Source of the DNA: a virus
Lineage: Duplodnaviria; Caudoviricetes
Direction: 5' to 3' (one strand)
IMG/VR virus record: IMGVR_UViG_3300030095_001245
Span: 1 to 34,447 of that record
Length of the DNA: 34,447 nucleotides
Shown: one piece after another, positions 1 to 7,996 of the stretch
Layout of the letters: every line of letters begins with the position of its first letter
Position numbering within the stretch: position 1 is the stretch's first letter
Program-made: the position numbers and the translations under genes
The notes under the pieces: model-generated
What the model was told of the DNA's origin: nothing
The model's input: the letters and a program-made list of their open reading frames with translations, nothing else
Databases searched by the model: none

Positions 1-2
1 CA

Positions 3-68
3 AGTAAACGCATGAGGTATATCACTGACTGTATAGCTAGTGGGGTTAGACCTGAGTTAGATGTATAG
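3..68 (+). CDS. possible 3' end of an upstream early gene (partial)
   Basis: Frame 3 is open from the window edge (SKRMRYITDCIASGVRPELDV) to TAG at 66-68; short, could be chance. Confidence 0.3.
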   Translation, partial: SKRMRYITDCIASGVRPELDV

Positions 69-88
69 GTAGTAAGTAGGAAGTAATA

Positions 89-154
89 TAGCTGTATATA
101 TAGCTAGGGGAGACAGGGGTTTACACTAATATGGGTACTTTAAACACCTGTTTC
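89..154. repeat. palindrome plus imperfect inverted repeat in early intergenic region
   Basis: 89-106 TAGCTGTATATATAGCTA is palindromic except for one pair; 110-123 GAGACAGGGGTTTA matches the reverse complement of 141-154 TAAACACCTGTTTC at 12/14. Confidence 0.7.
125..142 (-). promoter_or_regulatory. leftward phage RNAP promoter-like motif
   Basis: Reverse complement reads TAAAGTACCCATATTAGT, 16/18 identical to the copies at 1194 and 3690. Confidence 0.75.
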
Positions 155-188
155 CTTATTTAACAATAACATAGCGAGGTAAATTAAA

Positions 189-383
189 ATGGAGCTAACA
201 AAAGCACAAATACGTAAACTAGAGAAGCATGGCTGGGAAGCCGTGTCACCTTTATGGGTAGGCAGTGACTGGGACAGTAAAAATAATCTTTTACAAGTAG
301 TTAATAATGTAATTCCACTTGACCAAAACGTAGAGGGCTACGACTTTGTTATAGTGGCTATGAGAAAAGAAACAGGAGAATAA
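189..383 (+). CDS. hypothetical early protein (64 aa)
   Basis: ATG preceded by GAGGT Shine-Dalgarno; packed with downstream ORFs. Confidence 0.75.
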   Translation: MELTKAQIRKLEKHGWEAVSPLWVGSDWDSKNNLLQVVNNVIPLDQNVEGYDFVIVAMRKETGE

Positions 384-607
384 AATGATAGTTAGAACAA
401 TATTTTATATAGATAACCCTATTAACCATGCTTTTGACAAGACAGTAAAAGATGTCATAGAGACAAGCTATGCTGGTACTACAACATTGAGTATGGAAGA
501 TTGGCTTAAAGAACACAACGAAAGTAGAATAGAAACAGGTGCTAGGTGGGAAGAAGAAGATGAGTTTCTAGTATATGAACATGAAATAAAATTAACAGGA
601 GAATAAA
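371..607 (+). repeat. 14-bp direct repeat AACAGGAGAATAAA at 371-384 and 594-607
   Basis: Identical copies, each spanning the stop of one gene and the SD of the next; both proteins end in TGE. Confidence 0.8.
385..606 (+). CDS. hypothetical early protein (73 aa)
   Basis: AGGAG SD before ATG; starts 1 nt after previous stop. Confidence 0.75.
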   Translation: MIVRTIFYIDNPINHAFDKTVKDVIETSYAGTTTLSMEDWLKEHNESRIETGARWEEEDEFLVYEHEIKLTGE

Positions 608-609
608 GA

Positions 610-963
610 ATGAAAGAAATGATAATAAATGACAACGTTCTACACTTACTAAAAGAACGTCTAAGAACTAAGAAGCTGAGACGAGTGTTGTCTCACTACT
701 ACTACGTCAGAGAGTTAGACGGCTCTGATAATTTTCAACACTATATGCAACAGAATGAGTTAGATAGTGCTATGTATGACACATACTGTCTACTTAACTT
801 TGGTTATGTGTATCCTATCTACTGGAATGTAGGCGAGGGAGAAATGGAAATCTATGACGCACATAATGTTAAAGTGGATGAGCAATACATAACTGGGGCT
901 GATACTGACCTTATAGATGAGGCGTTAGAGAGACGTCAATTTGAAGGGCAGATATTTGAATGA
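610..963 (+). CDS. hypothetical early protein (117 aa)
   Basis: AGGAG SD; ATGA overlap with next ORF. Confidence 0.8.
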   Translation: MKEMIINDNVLHLLKERLRTKKLRRVLSHYYYVRELDGSDNFQHYMQQNELDSAMYDTYCLLNFGYVYPIYWNVGEGEMEIYDAHNVKVDEQYITGADTDLIDEALERRQFEGQIFE

Positions 964-1196
964 GTAAACTAACAATGGAGCAATTTATGACAAACAGTAA
1001 AAACGCAGTAAATAAATCACCAGTCGGGTGGAATCCAGTAAGAGAGAGACATTACAAACAATTCTTAAACACACTGGACTGGCATGACTTTGGTAAGCAT
1101 GACGCAGTAAGACGTCACATGTATGAGACTTGGATAACTAAGGGCGTACACCCTAGTGAGCTTAGGAAACCTCATCATGTGGGGAAGTGGGACTAA
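960..1196 (+). CDS. hypothetical early protein (78 aa)
   Basis: ATGA coupling to previous gene; stop TAA forms the start of the promoter motif. Confidence 0.75.
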   Translation: MSKLTMEQFMTNSKNAVNKSPVGWNPVRERHYKQFLNTLDWHDFGKHDAVRRHMYETWITKGVHPSELRKPHHVGKWD

Positions 1197-1213
1197 AGTA
1201 CCCATATAAGATA
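1194..1213 (+). promoter_or_regulatory. phage RNAP promoter (upstream of the RNAP gene)
   Basis: TAAAGTACCCATATAAGATA, 20/20 identical to 3690-3709; at a gene junction. Confidence 0.85.
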
Positions 1214-1241
1214 CCAATACACATTAACCTAAGGAGTATAC

Positions 1242-3692
1242 ATGGTAGAGATATTTAAGAATATAAAAGAGTACGCTGATGAGTTAGACCATGAAGCTGA
1301 GATGATTAAGCTGGGTAAACAGCGAGTCAATAAGCGTCGGGTCTCTCATATCCAGCGTGAAGAGGAGTCAGTGACCAGCTATGGTAAAGTCATGGTGGCT
1401 AATACCATACGACCACTGGCACAAGCCATACAGACCTATCTTGAATCTAATGCTGAAGCTAAGGGTCAGCCTGAGAAAGCTTTTATTAAGCTAAGAGAGA
1501 TAGAGCCTGAGGTGTCAGCCATGATATGTGCTAAGCATGTCATCAATACTATCACTCAGCATAAGCCATTGACGGCTACGAGTATTGCATTGGGTGGTAA
1601 GATTGAGACTGAGACATCTCTTCGTAACTTCAAGAACCTGAACCCTGAATTGTTTGACGCAGTTAAGAATGACTTGGACAAGCGTTCATGGAACTACGCA
1701 TACAAGAGACGTAAGCTAAAGGAATCAGCTAAGAGGGACGACGTGGCTATGTGGGAAGAGTGGACTACGGAAGAGAAGCTACACACAGGCATGAGACTTA
1801 TCGAGTTTATGCAGTCAGCTACAGGTATGATTGAGTTTGGACTTGAGGTTATCAATCGTAAGCGTACTAAGATAATCAAGCAGACATCTAAGACTAGAGA
1901 ATGGATAAAGAATAGAAATAACTTTAATGAGCTATTGAATCCTGAGTACCTACCAACTGTCATGCCACCTAAGAACTGGGAGACAGTGACAGGTGGTGGA
2001 TACTGGACAAAGGAGTTACCTGAACTAGACTTAGTCAAACAAAAGAATAAGTTATTCAAGCGTGAGCTAGAGAACTTTGATATGCCTGAAGTATACAACG
2101 CAGTTAACCGCATGCAGTCGACTGGCTTCAGGGTTAACACGTTTGTACTAGATGTGATGAAGCACGCTTGGGACAATGGTATTGCTATGGGTGGTATGCC
2201 ACCAATTAAGAACATGGAGATACCTAACAAGCCACATGACATTGATACCAATGAGGTAGCACGTAAGGAGTGGAAGAAACAAGCGGTCATCTGTCACACA
2301 GAGAATAGCCGTATGTTTTCTAAGAGATTACTGTACGCTAAGATACTGTGGGAAGCTAATAAGTTTAAAGATTATGAGAACATATACTTTCCCTTACAGT
2401 TAGACTTCAGAGGGAGAGCCTATTGTGTCCCAGCATTTCTAAACTATCAGGGAATCAATGGTGCTAAGGCACTGTTAGATTTCTCACATGGTAAAGAGAT
2501 AACTGAAGACAACAGCGGGGGCTTTTGGTTAGCCGTACACGGTGCTAACGTGTGGGGGAACGATAAGATTACTCTCGAACAGAGAGCAGACTGGTCTATG
2601 GACAAGGACAACATGCAAATGTTTCGTCGTATTGTTGAAGACCCTATCGTCAATCGAGAATGGGAAGAAGCTGACTCACCTTTTCAATTCCTCGCTTGGT
2701 GTAAAGAGTGGGTTGAGTTTCAAGATACAGGCTACGGCTATGTATCACACTTGCCTGTCTCGATAGACGGTAGCTGTAATGGGTTACAGTTATACTCGCT
2801 AATGTTACGTGATGAGATAGCTGGTAAGCTGGTCAATGTTGTCCCTAGTGAAACACCACAGGACATCTACCAGCTTGTCGCTGACTCAGTGATAGAGAAA
2901 CTGAAACAAGATAAAGCTGAGGGCAAGCCTTATGCACACGCATGGTTAGAGTATGGAATCAAACGCAGTACCACTAAGCGTAGCATTATGACTATATGCT
3001 ATGGGTCTACGAGATACTCATGCACTGACTTTGTAGTAGAAGACTTGACCAAGCGTAAAGATAAGGGGGAAGACCACCCGTTCAATACTGATGTATTCAA
3101 GCCAGCTATTTATTTAGCTGGAGTGATATGGGATAGCATTGGAGACAATCTAACATCAGCTCGTATGGGCATGGACTACCTACAAAAGATAGCTAAGGTT
3201 GTATCCAAAGAGCAATTACCTATACATTGGACAACGCCTGTCGGCTTTCCTGTCTATCAATCTTACCCTGAAATGAAGAGCAAGAGAGTCAAGACCATGT
3301 TACTCGGAGAGGTTATTAAGCCTCGAGTAAACTATGAGACTGACAAGACAGACAAACTACGTATGAGTAATGGTGTTGCACCTAACTTTGTACACTCACT
3401 CGACTCATCAGCTATGATGAGGACTGTTAATATTGCATATGAAAATGGTATAAGAAACTTTTGTAATGTGCATGACAGCTTCGGAACTACAGCTGCTGAT
3501 GTAGAGATGTTGAGTGGTGCATTGAAGGAAGCATTTATTCAAACGTTTACAGAGACGGATGTACTTAAAGAGTTTAAGGAAGATGTCAAAACACAACTAC
3601 CAGTAGAACTACATAAAGAGTTACCTGAAGAATTAGATAAGGGTAACTTGGATATTGAGAAGCTGAGAGAGTGTGACTTCTTCTTTGCATAA
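1242..3692 (+). CDS. T7-like single-subunit DNA-directed RNA polymerase (gp1 homologue)
   Basis: 816 aa; DFRGRAY, motif A DGSCNGLQ, motif B RSTTKRSIMTICYG, PNFVHSLD, motif C VHDSFGT, C-terminal FFFA; AAGGAG SD. Confidence 0.98.
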   Translation: MVEIFKNIKEYADELDHEAEMIKLGKQRVNKRRVSHIQREEESVTSYGKVMVANTIRPLAQAIQTYLESNAEAKGQPEKAFIKLREIEPEVSAMICAKHVINTITQHKPLTATSIALGGKIETETSLRNFKNLNPELFDAVKNDLDKRSWNYAYKRRKLKESAKRDDVAMWEEWTTEEKLHTGMRLIEFMQSATGMIEFGLEVINRKRTKIIKQTSKTREWIKNRNNFNELLNPEYLPTVMPPKNWETVTGGGYWTKELPELDLVKQKNKLFKRELENFDMPEVYNAVNRMQSTGFRVNTFVLDVMKHAWDNGIAMGGMPPIKNMEIPNKPHDIDTNEVARKEWKKQAVICHTENSRMFSKRLLYAKILWEANKFKDYENIYFPLQLDFRGRAYCVPAFLNYQGINGAKALLDFSHGKEITEDNSGGFWLAVHGANVWGNDKITLEQRADWSMDKDNMQMFRRIVEDPIVNREWEEADSPFQFLAWCKEWVEFQDTGYGYVSHLPVSIDGSCNGLQLYSLMLRDEIAGKLVNVVPSETPQDIYQLVADSVIEKLKQDKAEGKPYAHAWLEYGIKRSTTKRSIMTICYGSTRYSCTDFVVEDLTKRKDKGEDHPFNTDVFKPAIYLAGVIWDSIGDNLTSARMGMDYLQKIAKVVSKEQLPIHWTTPVGFPVYQSYPEMKSKRVKTMLLGEVIKPRVNYETDKTDKLRMSNGVAPNFVHSLDSSAMMRTVNIAYENGIRNFCNVHDSFGTTAADVEMLSGALKEAFIQTFTETDVLKEFKEDVKTQLPVELHKELPEELDKGNLDIEKLRECDFFFA

Positions 3693-3709
3693 AGTACCCA
3701 TATAAGATA
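3690..3709 (+). promoter_or_regulatory. phage RNAP promoter (replication module)
   Basis: TAAAGTACCCATATAAGATA immediately after the RNAP gene, where T7-like phages place their first class II promoters. Confidence 0.88.
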
Positions 3710-3733
3710 ATAAACCATAATCAAGGAGATAAA

Positions 3734-4360
3734 ATGGCACAACAACAAAATGAAAAAGTAGTAACACCTATTGGCGTCAGTCAATATGCGTGGTTAACAC
3801 AGCCTGATACTCGTTTTGATGAGAATGGACATTATAAAACTAATCTCATCTTAAAAACTGAGGACGCTGGAGAGTTAATGCAACGCATTGATAAAGCTTT
3901 GGAAACTTCTAAGGAAATAGCTCAAGAAAAAGCTAAGGGCAAGAAGATTAAACAAGCTGACGCACCCTACTTTGAAGAAGTAGATGAAGCTGGTAATCCA
4001 ACTGGCAACACTATCTTTAAATTCAAATGCAAAGCACAGATAGTATCTAAGGACGGCACAATTATACCTAACAAGGTTGCATTGTTTGACGCTAAGGGTA
4101 CGCCAATGCCTAAAGATGTGAACGTATGGTCAGGCAGTGAGATGAAAGTCTCAGCTGAATTGATACCGTACTACACAGCTATGGTTGGTGCTGGTGTTTC
4201 TATGAGATTGAGAGCAGTACAAATAATCAAACTAGTAGAAGGCGGTGGCGGTAATGCTAAAGGCTTTGGGTTTGATGAGACAGATGGCTACGAACATCAG
4301 GAGACACAAGTTAAAGATGACATGGAGAGCACGACTGAAACGGAAACCTCTGACTTCTAA
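3734..4360 (+). CDS. single-stranded DNA-binding protein (T7 gp2.5-like)
   Basis: TPIG..YAWLTQPDTRF, GVSMRLRAVQIIKLVE, acidic tail ending in Phe (ETETSDF); AAGGAG SD. Confidence 0.95.
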   Translation: MAQQQNEKVVTPIGVSQYAWLTQPDTRFDENGHYKTNLILKTEDAGELMQRIDKALETSKEIAQEKAKGKKIKQADAPYFEEVDEAGNPTGNTIFKFKCKAQIVSKDGTIIPNKVALFDAKGTPMPKDVNVWSGSEMKVSAELIPYYTAMVGAGVSMRLRAVQIIKLVEGGGGNAKGFGFDETDGYEHQETQVKDDMESTTETETSDF

Positions 4361-4766
4361 AAAAGTCGGAATTGTTTACGGCTTCAGGTCAGGACTCGAA
4401 GAACGTATTGCTGGGGAACTTAGAAGTGAGAGTGTTAGTTATGAGTTTGAAGAAACTAAATTAAAATATACTAAACCTGAGAAGCTACATACTTACACAC
4501 CTGACTTCTATCTTCCTGAGCAAGACATATTCATTGAGACTAAGGGATTGTTTACGACAGCAGATAGACAAAAAATGAAACTAATTAAAGAACAATATCC
4601 TAAACTGGATATCAGATTCTTATTCAGCAATGCTAAAGCCAAGATAAATAAACGGAGTAAGACCACGTATGGTATGTGGTGTGAAAAGTATGGCTTCAAG
4701 TATGCTACTAAACATATTCCAAAGGAATGGCTATGCGAAATCAAAGGAAAGAAACCAAATACATAG
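4317..4766 (+). CDS. endonuclease I / Holliday junction resolvase (T7 gp3-like); start uncertain
   Basis: FRSGLEERIA, YTPDFYL, FIETKGLF, LDIRFLFSN, KTTYGMWCEKYGF. The ORF track starts at 4245; ATG 4317 gives a more typical length. Confidence 0.95.
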   Translation: MTWRARLKRKPLTSKKVGIVYGFRSGLEERIAGELRSESVSYEFEETKLKYTKPEKLHTYTPDFYLPEQDIFIETKGLFTTADRQKMKLIKEQYPKLDIRFLFSNAKAKINKRSKTTYGMWCEKYGFKYATKHIPKEWLCEIKGKKPNT

Positions 4767-5176
4767 TAGTCTGTTGTTCTCACACTGCACCTAATACAGA
4801 CTGGGGCAGTAGAGAGATGGACATAGAGGGACGCAAGGAAGGGTTACTCGAAGGTGGGTTTCATAAAGTAATAAAGAGAGATGGCACAGTAGAAGACGGT
4901 AGAGATATTGATTCAGCTGGTGGCTTCTTACATTACAATATGAACAGAGCCAAATACCAACCAACCAATAAAAATTCTATTGGTATTGTATTGATAGGTG
5001 GTGGTAAAGATGATGGTACATCTGATTGCAATTATACTCTCAAACAATTTAAAGCATTGAAGTGGGCAGTAGATGATTTGAAGAAACAGTATCCTGATGT
5101 CATAGAAATAATGGGACACAGGGACATCTTCCATACATCTGAGCCTAACTTTAATGTACAAGAGTTACTAAAATAA
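4727..5176 (+). CDS. T7 lysozyme-like N-acetylmuramoyl-L-alanine amidase homologue (gp3.5), catalytic residues substituted
   Basis: IKRDGTVEDGRD, NKNSIGIVLIGG and GHRD align to T7 lysozyme; syntenic position after gp3. Confidence 0.9.
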   Translation: MAMRNQRKETKYIVVCCSHTAPNTDWGSREMDIEGRKEGLLEGGFHKVIKRDGTVEDGRDIDSAGGFLHYNMNRAKYQPTNKNSIGIVLIGGGKDDGTSDCNYTLKQFKALKWAVDDLKKQYPDVIEIMGHRDIFHTSEPNFNVQELLK

Positions 5177-5177
5177 A

Positions 5178-5366
5178 ATGGAGAAAAAATTTATGGACGC
5201 AAATGAAAAAAGAAAATCAAAATACACACAAGTAGTAGTAACACATGAAGTAAAGGGTATGCTAGAAGCTATCACTAAAGAAACATTTAGAAGTGGGTCA
5301 GGTGAGGTAGCGTTCTTAGTCCACCAAGCTTACAAGAAACTACAAGATAGAAAGCCGTACGATTAA
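5178..5366 (+). CDS. small protein, possible ribbon-helix-helix DNA-binding protein
   Basis: 62 aa; strand-like YTQVVV followed by two short amphipathic helices separated by RS; pattern only. Confidence 0.55.
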   Translation: MEKKFMDANEKRKSKYTQVVVTHEVKGMLEAITKETFRSGSGEVAFLVHQAYKKLQDRKPYD

Positions 5367-5380
5367 GTACCCCTATAAGA
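5363..5380 (+). promoter_or_regulatory. phage RNAP promoter abutting the primase-helicase ATG
   Basis: TTAAGTACCCCTATAAGA, 16/18 to the 1194 copy. Confidence 0.8.
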
Positions 5381-6976
5381 ATGGAACAAAATGAAAGCAC
5401 ATTTCTACACCATGCACCATGTTCGTCGTGTGGGTCTAAGGATAACTTAGCCGTATACAGTGATGGACACAGTTATTGTTTTGGATGTGGATATCATACA
5501 AATGGAGAGTCAATGACAACACCTACCACCACTAAAGACACTGCTGACTTTGTCAGTGGTACTGTCACCGCTCTTGCCAAACGCAAACTAGATGTCGATA
5601 CGTTACAGAAGTTTGATTATCAAATAGGCACAGCTCATAAGAGACCAGTGCAGATAGCCAACTACTATAACAAAGACCATGAACTAGTAGCTCAGAAGTT
5701 ACGCTACCCTGATAAAAGTTTCCAGTGGATAGGCGAAGCTAAAGACGCTCAGTTATTTGGTCAACACCTATGGCGTGATAAGGGAAGAATGGTTATCGTG
5801 ACTGAAGGTGAGATTGACGCTCTCTCTGTCTCGAAAGTAAATCAAAATAAATATCCTGTAGTATCAGTAAAGACTGGAGCTAAGGGGGCTAAGCGTGACT
5901 TACTTAAAGAGTTAGAATGGCTTGAGGGTTTCGACTCTGTCGTTCTAATGTTTGATAATGATACAGCTGGTAAAGAGGCTGCCACTGAATGTGCAAAAAT
6001 CTTCTCACCAAACAAGGCAAAGATATGTTCATTGCCTTTGAAGGACGCAAACGAAATGCTATGTGCTGGTAAATCACAACAGCTTATCGACTGCGTTTGG
6101 TCAGCTAAAGCTTACCAGCCTGATGGCATTGTAGCTGGTGCTGACCTTTGGGAAGATATTAGAAAAGAAGATAGCTATGTTACAGTCCAATATCCATTTG
6201 AATGTCTTAACACTAAGACACATGGACTACGCAAGGGAGAACTAGTTACTGTCACTGCTGGTAGTGGTGTAGGTAAGTCTAGTTTCTGTAGACATGTAGC
6301 CTTACATTTACTGAAAAATAATTTCAGCGTTGGGTACATAGCACTAGAGGAATCTATCAAGCGTAGTGCATTGGGTATCATGGGAATAGAAATGGGTAAG
6401 CCATTACACTTAGACCGCAAAGGTGTCGACGATAAGAAACTTAAAGAAGTATTCGACAGCACTGTGGGTGGTGGTAAGTTTTATTTATATAATCACTTTG
6501 GCTCAACAGCCAGTGACAATTTAATATCTAAGATAAGATACTTAGCTAAAGGGTGCGGCGTTGACTTCGTAATACTTGACCACTTACACATGGCTCTATC
6601 AGCCGTTGGTGATGAGACTACAAGTGACGAACGTAAACTTATAGATTATACAGTATCAAAGCTTAGGACTCTAGTAGAAGAGACAGGCATTGGATTAATA
6701 CTGGTGTCCCACCTTAAGAGACCTGAAGGGAACAAAGGATATGAGGATGGGGTTGCAGTATCTATGAATAGTTTACGTGGAAGTGCGTCAATCGGTCAGT
6801 TATCTGATATGATTATAAGTATGTCTAGAGACTTACAGTCAGACAAGAACTTGGCTCAGGTTAACGTGTTGAAGAATAGGTTTAGTGGAGAGACAGGCAA
6901 AGCTTGTACACTCTACTATGATTTAGAAACAGGATGTTTACGGGAGACAGATGGAGATGTACAGGACGACTTCTAA
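5381..6976 (+). CDS. DNA primase-helicase (T7 gp4-like)
   Basis: Zn ribbon CSSC...CFGC, TOPRIM VTEGEIDALS and FDND, Walker A AGSGVGKS, ILDHLH, LRGSASIGQLSD, VLKNRFSGETG. Confidence 0.98.
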   Translation: MEQNESTFLHHAPCSSCGSKDNLAVYSDGHSYCFGCGYHTNGESMTTPTTTKDTADFVSGTVTALAKRKLDVDTLQKFDYQIGTAHKRPVQIANYYNKDHELVAQKLRYPDKSFQWIGEAKDAQLFGQHLWRDKGRMVIVTEGEIDALSVSKVNQNKYPVVSVKTGAKGAKRDLLKELEWLEGFDSVVLMFDNDTAGKEAATECAKIFSPNKAKICSLPLKDANEMLCAGKSQQLIDCVWSAKAYQPDGIVAGADLWEDIRKEDSYVTVQYPFECLNTKTHGLRKGELVTVTAGSGVGKSSFCRHVALHLLKNNFSVGYIALEESIKRSALGIMGIEMGKPLHLDRKGVDDKKLKEVFDSTVGGGKFYLYNHFGSTASDNLISKIRYLAKGCGVDFVILDHLHMALSAVGDETTSDERKLIDYTVSKLRTLVEETGIGLILVSHLKRPEGNKGYEDGVAVSMNSLRGSASIGQLSDMIISMSRDLQSDKNLAQVNVLKNRFSGETGKACTLYYDLETGCLRETDGDVQDDF

Positions 6977-7175
6977 CGTGGAATATAAATCAGTACAATG
7001 GACACAGATAATAATGAAAGCTTTAGCTGAGACTGAAGAGACGAATAATATTATTCAAATACCAATAGGCACTGAGCTAGCAGAAAAATTATTAAACAAC
7101 GCATTAGATATGTTAGCAGAAGAGGGAGACACAAGGGCACTTCAAGTAGAAGTAGTCAAACACTCAGTACACTAA
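6951..7175 (+). CDS. hypothetical protein (74 aa)
   Basis: GGGAG before ATG; fills the gap after the helicase. Confidence 0.65.
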   Translation: MEMYRTTSNVEYKSVQWTQIIMKALAETEETNNIIQIPIGTELAEKLLNNALDMLAEEGDTRALQVEVVKHSVH

Positions 7176-7177
7176 TT

Positions 7178-7381
7178 ATGAAGAACACAACACACTTAAT
7201 ACACAGAACGTTAGACATTGGAAGTGGTCTAGTTTTATCAATGATAATACAAATTATCGTCTTTCCTTTTTTTAATATACATATACCAGTGTGGGATATG
7301 TTTCATTTAGCATTGATATTTACAGTGATAGGTATTGCACGTAGTTATTTGTGGTCTAAATATGTTTTTAAATATAAATAA
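7178..7381 (+). CDS. small membrane protein (two hydrophobic segments)
   Basis: GLVLSMIIQIIVFPFF and LALIFTVIGIARSYLW. Confidence 0.7.
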   Translation: MKNTTHLIHRTLDIGSGLVLSMIIQIIVFPFFNIHIPVWDMFHLALIFTVIGIARSYLWSKYVFKYK

Positions 7382-7382
7382 A

Positions 7383-7670
7383 ATGGAAAAGAAAAGATAC
7401 TTACCTAAACTAGACCTTATCAAGCATGACTTCGTTATGGTCTATTGGGTTGATATAGAATCTGATAGTAACTGGCGTGACATTGATGACCTCATTACTG
7501 ATGAGCTACCTATATGTATTTCTAGTGGGTGGTTAATTAAAAAAGATAACAAGGTGACTAGACTCGCTAGTGACTTCAACATAGATAGTGATGGTAAGAT
7601 AAAAGATATCGGGAACACCACTATCATTCCGACTTGTGTAATACAAAAAATAATTAAAATAAAATTATGA
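7383..7670 (+). CDS. conserved-looking phage hypothetical protein (start moved from 7335 to ATG 7383)
   Basis: VYWVDIESDSNW...SSGWL...LASD pattern typical of a small beta-rich phage family; ATG 1 nt after previous stop, ATGA overlap with next gene. Confidence 0.7.
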   Translation: MEKKRYLPKLDLIKHDFVMVYWVDIESDSNWRDIDDLITDELPICISSGWLIKKDNKVTRLASDFNIDSDGKIKDIGNTTIIPTCVIQKIIKIKL

Positions 7671-7996
7671 AGAAAAATGACAAGGGACACTGGGCTGAGC
7701 TGTTCGGCAAGGCATGGTTAATCGAGCAAGGTTACTGGGTATTCACTAACGTTGCACCGCAAGGTGTAATTGATTGTGTTGCCATTAATCAGAAGACACA
7801 TGAATGTATCTACATTGATTTCAAATGTGCATACTACAACGCAAAGGGCTGGGTTACTTCACGTATTACTAATGCACTTGGCAATAAGCTTGGAGTAAAA
7901 ATAGTTTACGTCTGTCCTGAAACTAAAAAGGTTTGGTTCAAGCGTGACCTAAAAGAATATAGAGAACAGTTAAGCAAAGGAGAACATTTAAAATGA
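7667..7996 (+). CDS. small PD-(D/E)xK nuclease (Hjc-like)
   Basis: KGHWAE helix, GYWVF, VIDCVA, IDFK arrangement of the restriction-like fold. Confidence 0.7.
   Translation: MKKNDKGHWAELFGKAWLIEQGYWVFTNVAPQGVIDCVAINQKTHECIYIDFKCAYYNAKGWVTSRITNALGNKLGVKIVYVCPETKKVWFKRDLKEYREQLSKGEHLK

Noticed and set aside
158-169. ATTTAACAATAA resembles a reversed XerD arm of a dif site
   Set aside because: One extra base, no matching XerC arm, no integrase in the window; AT-rich chance match.
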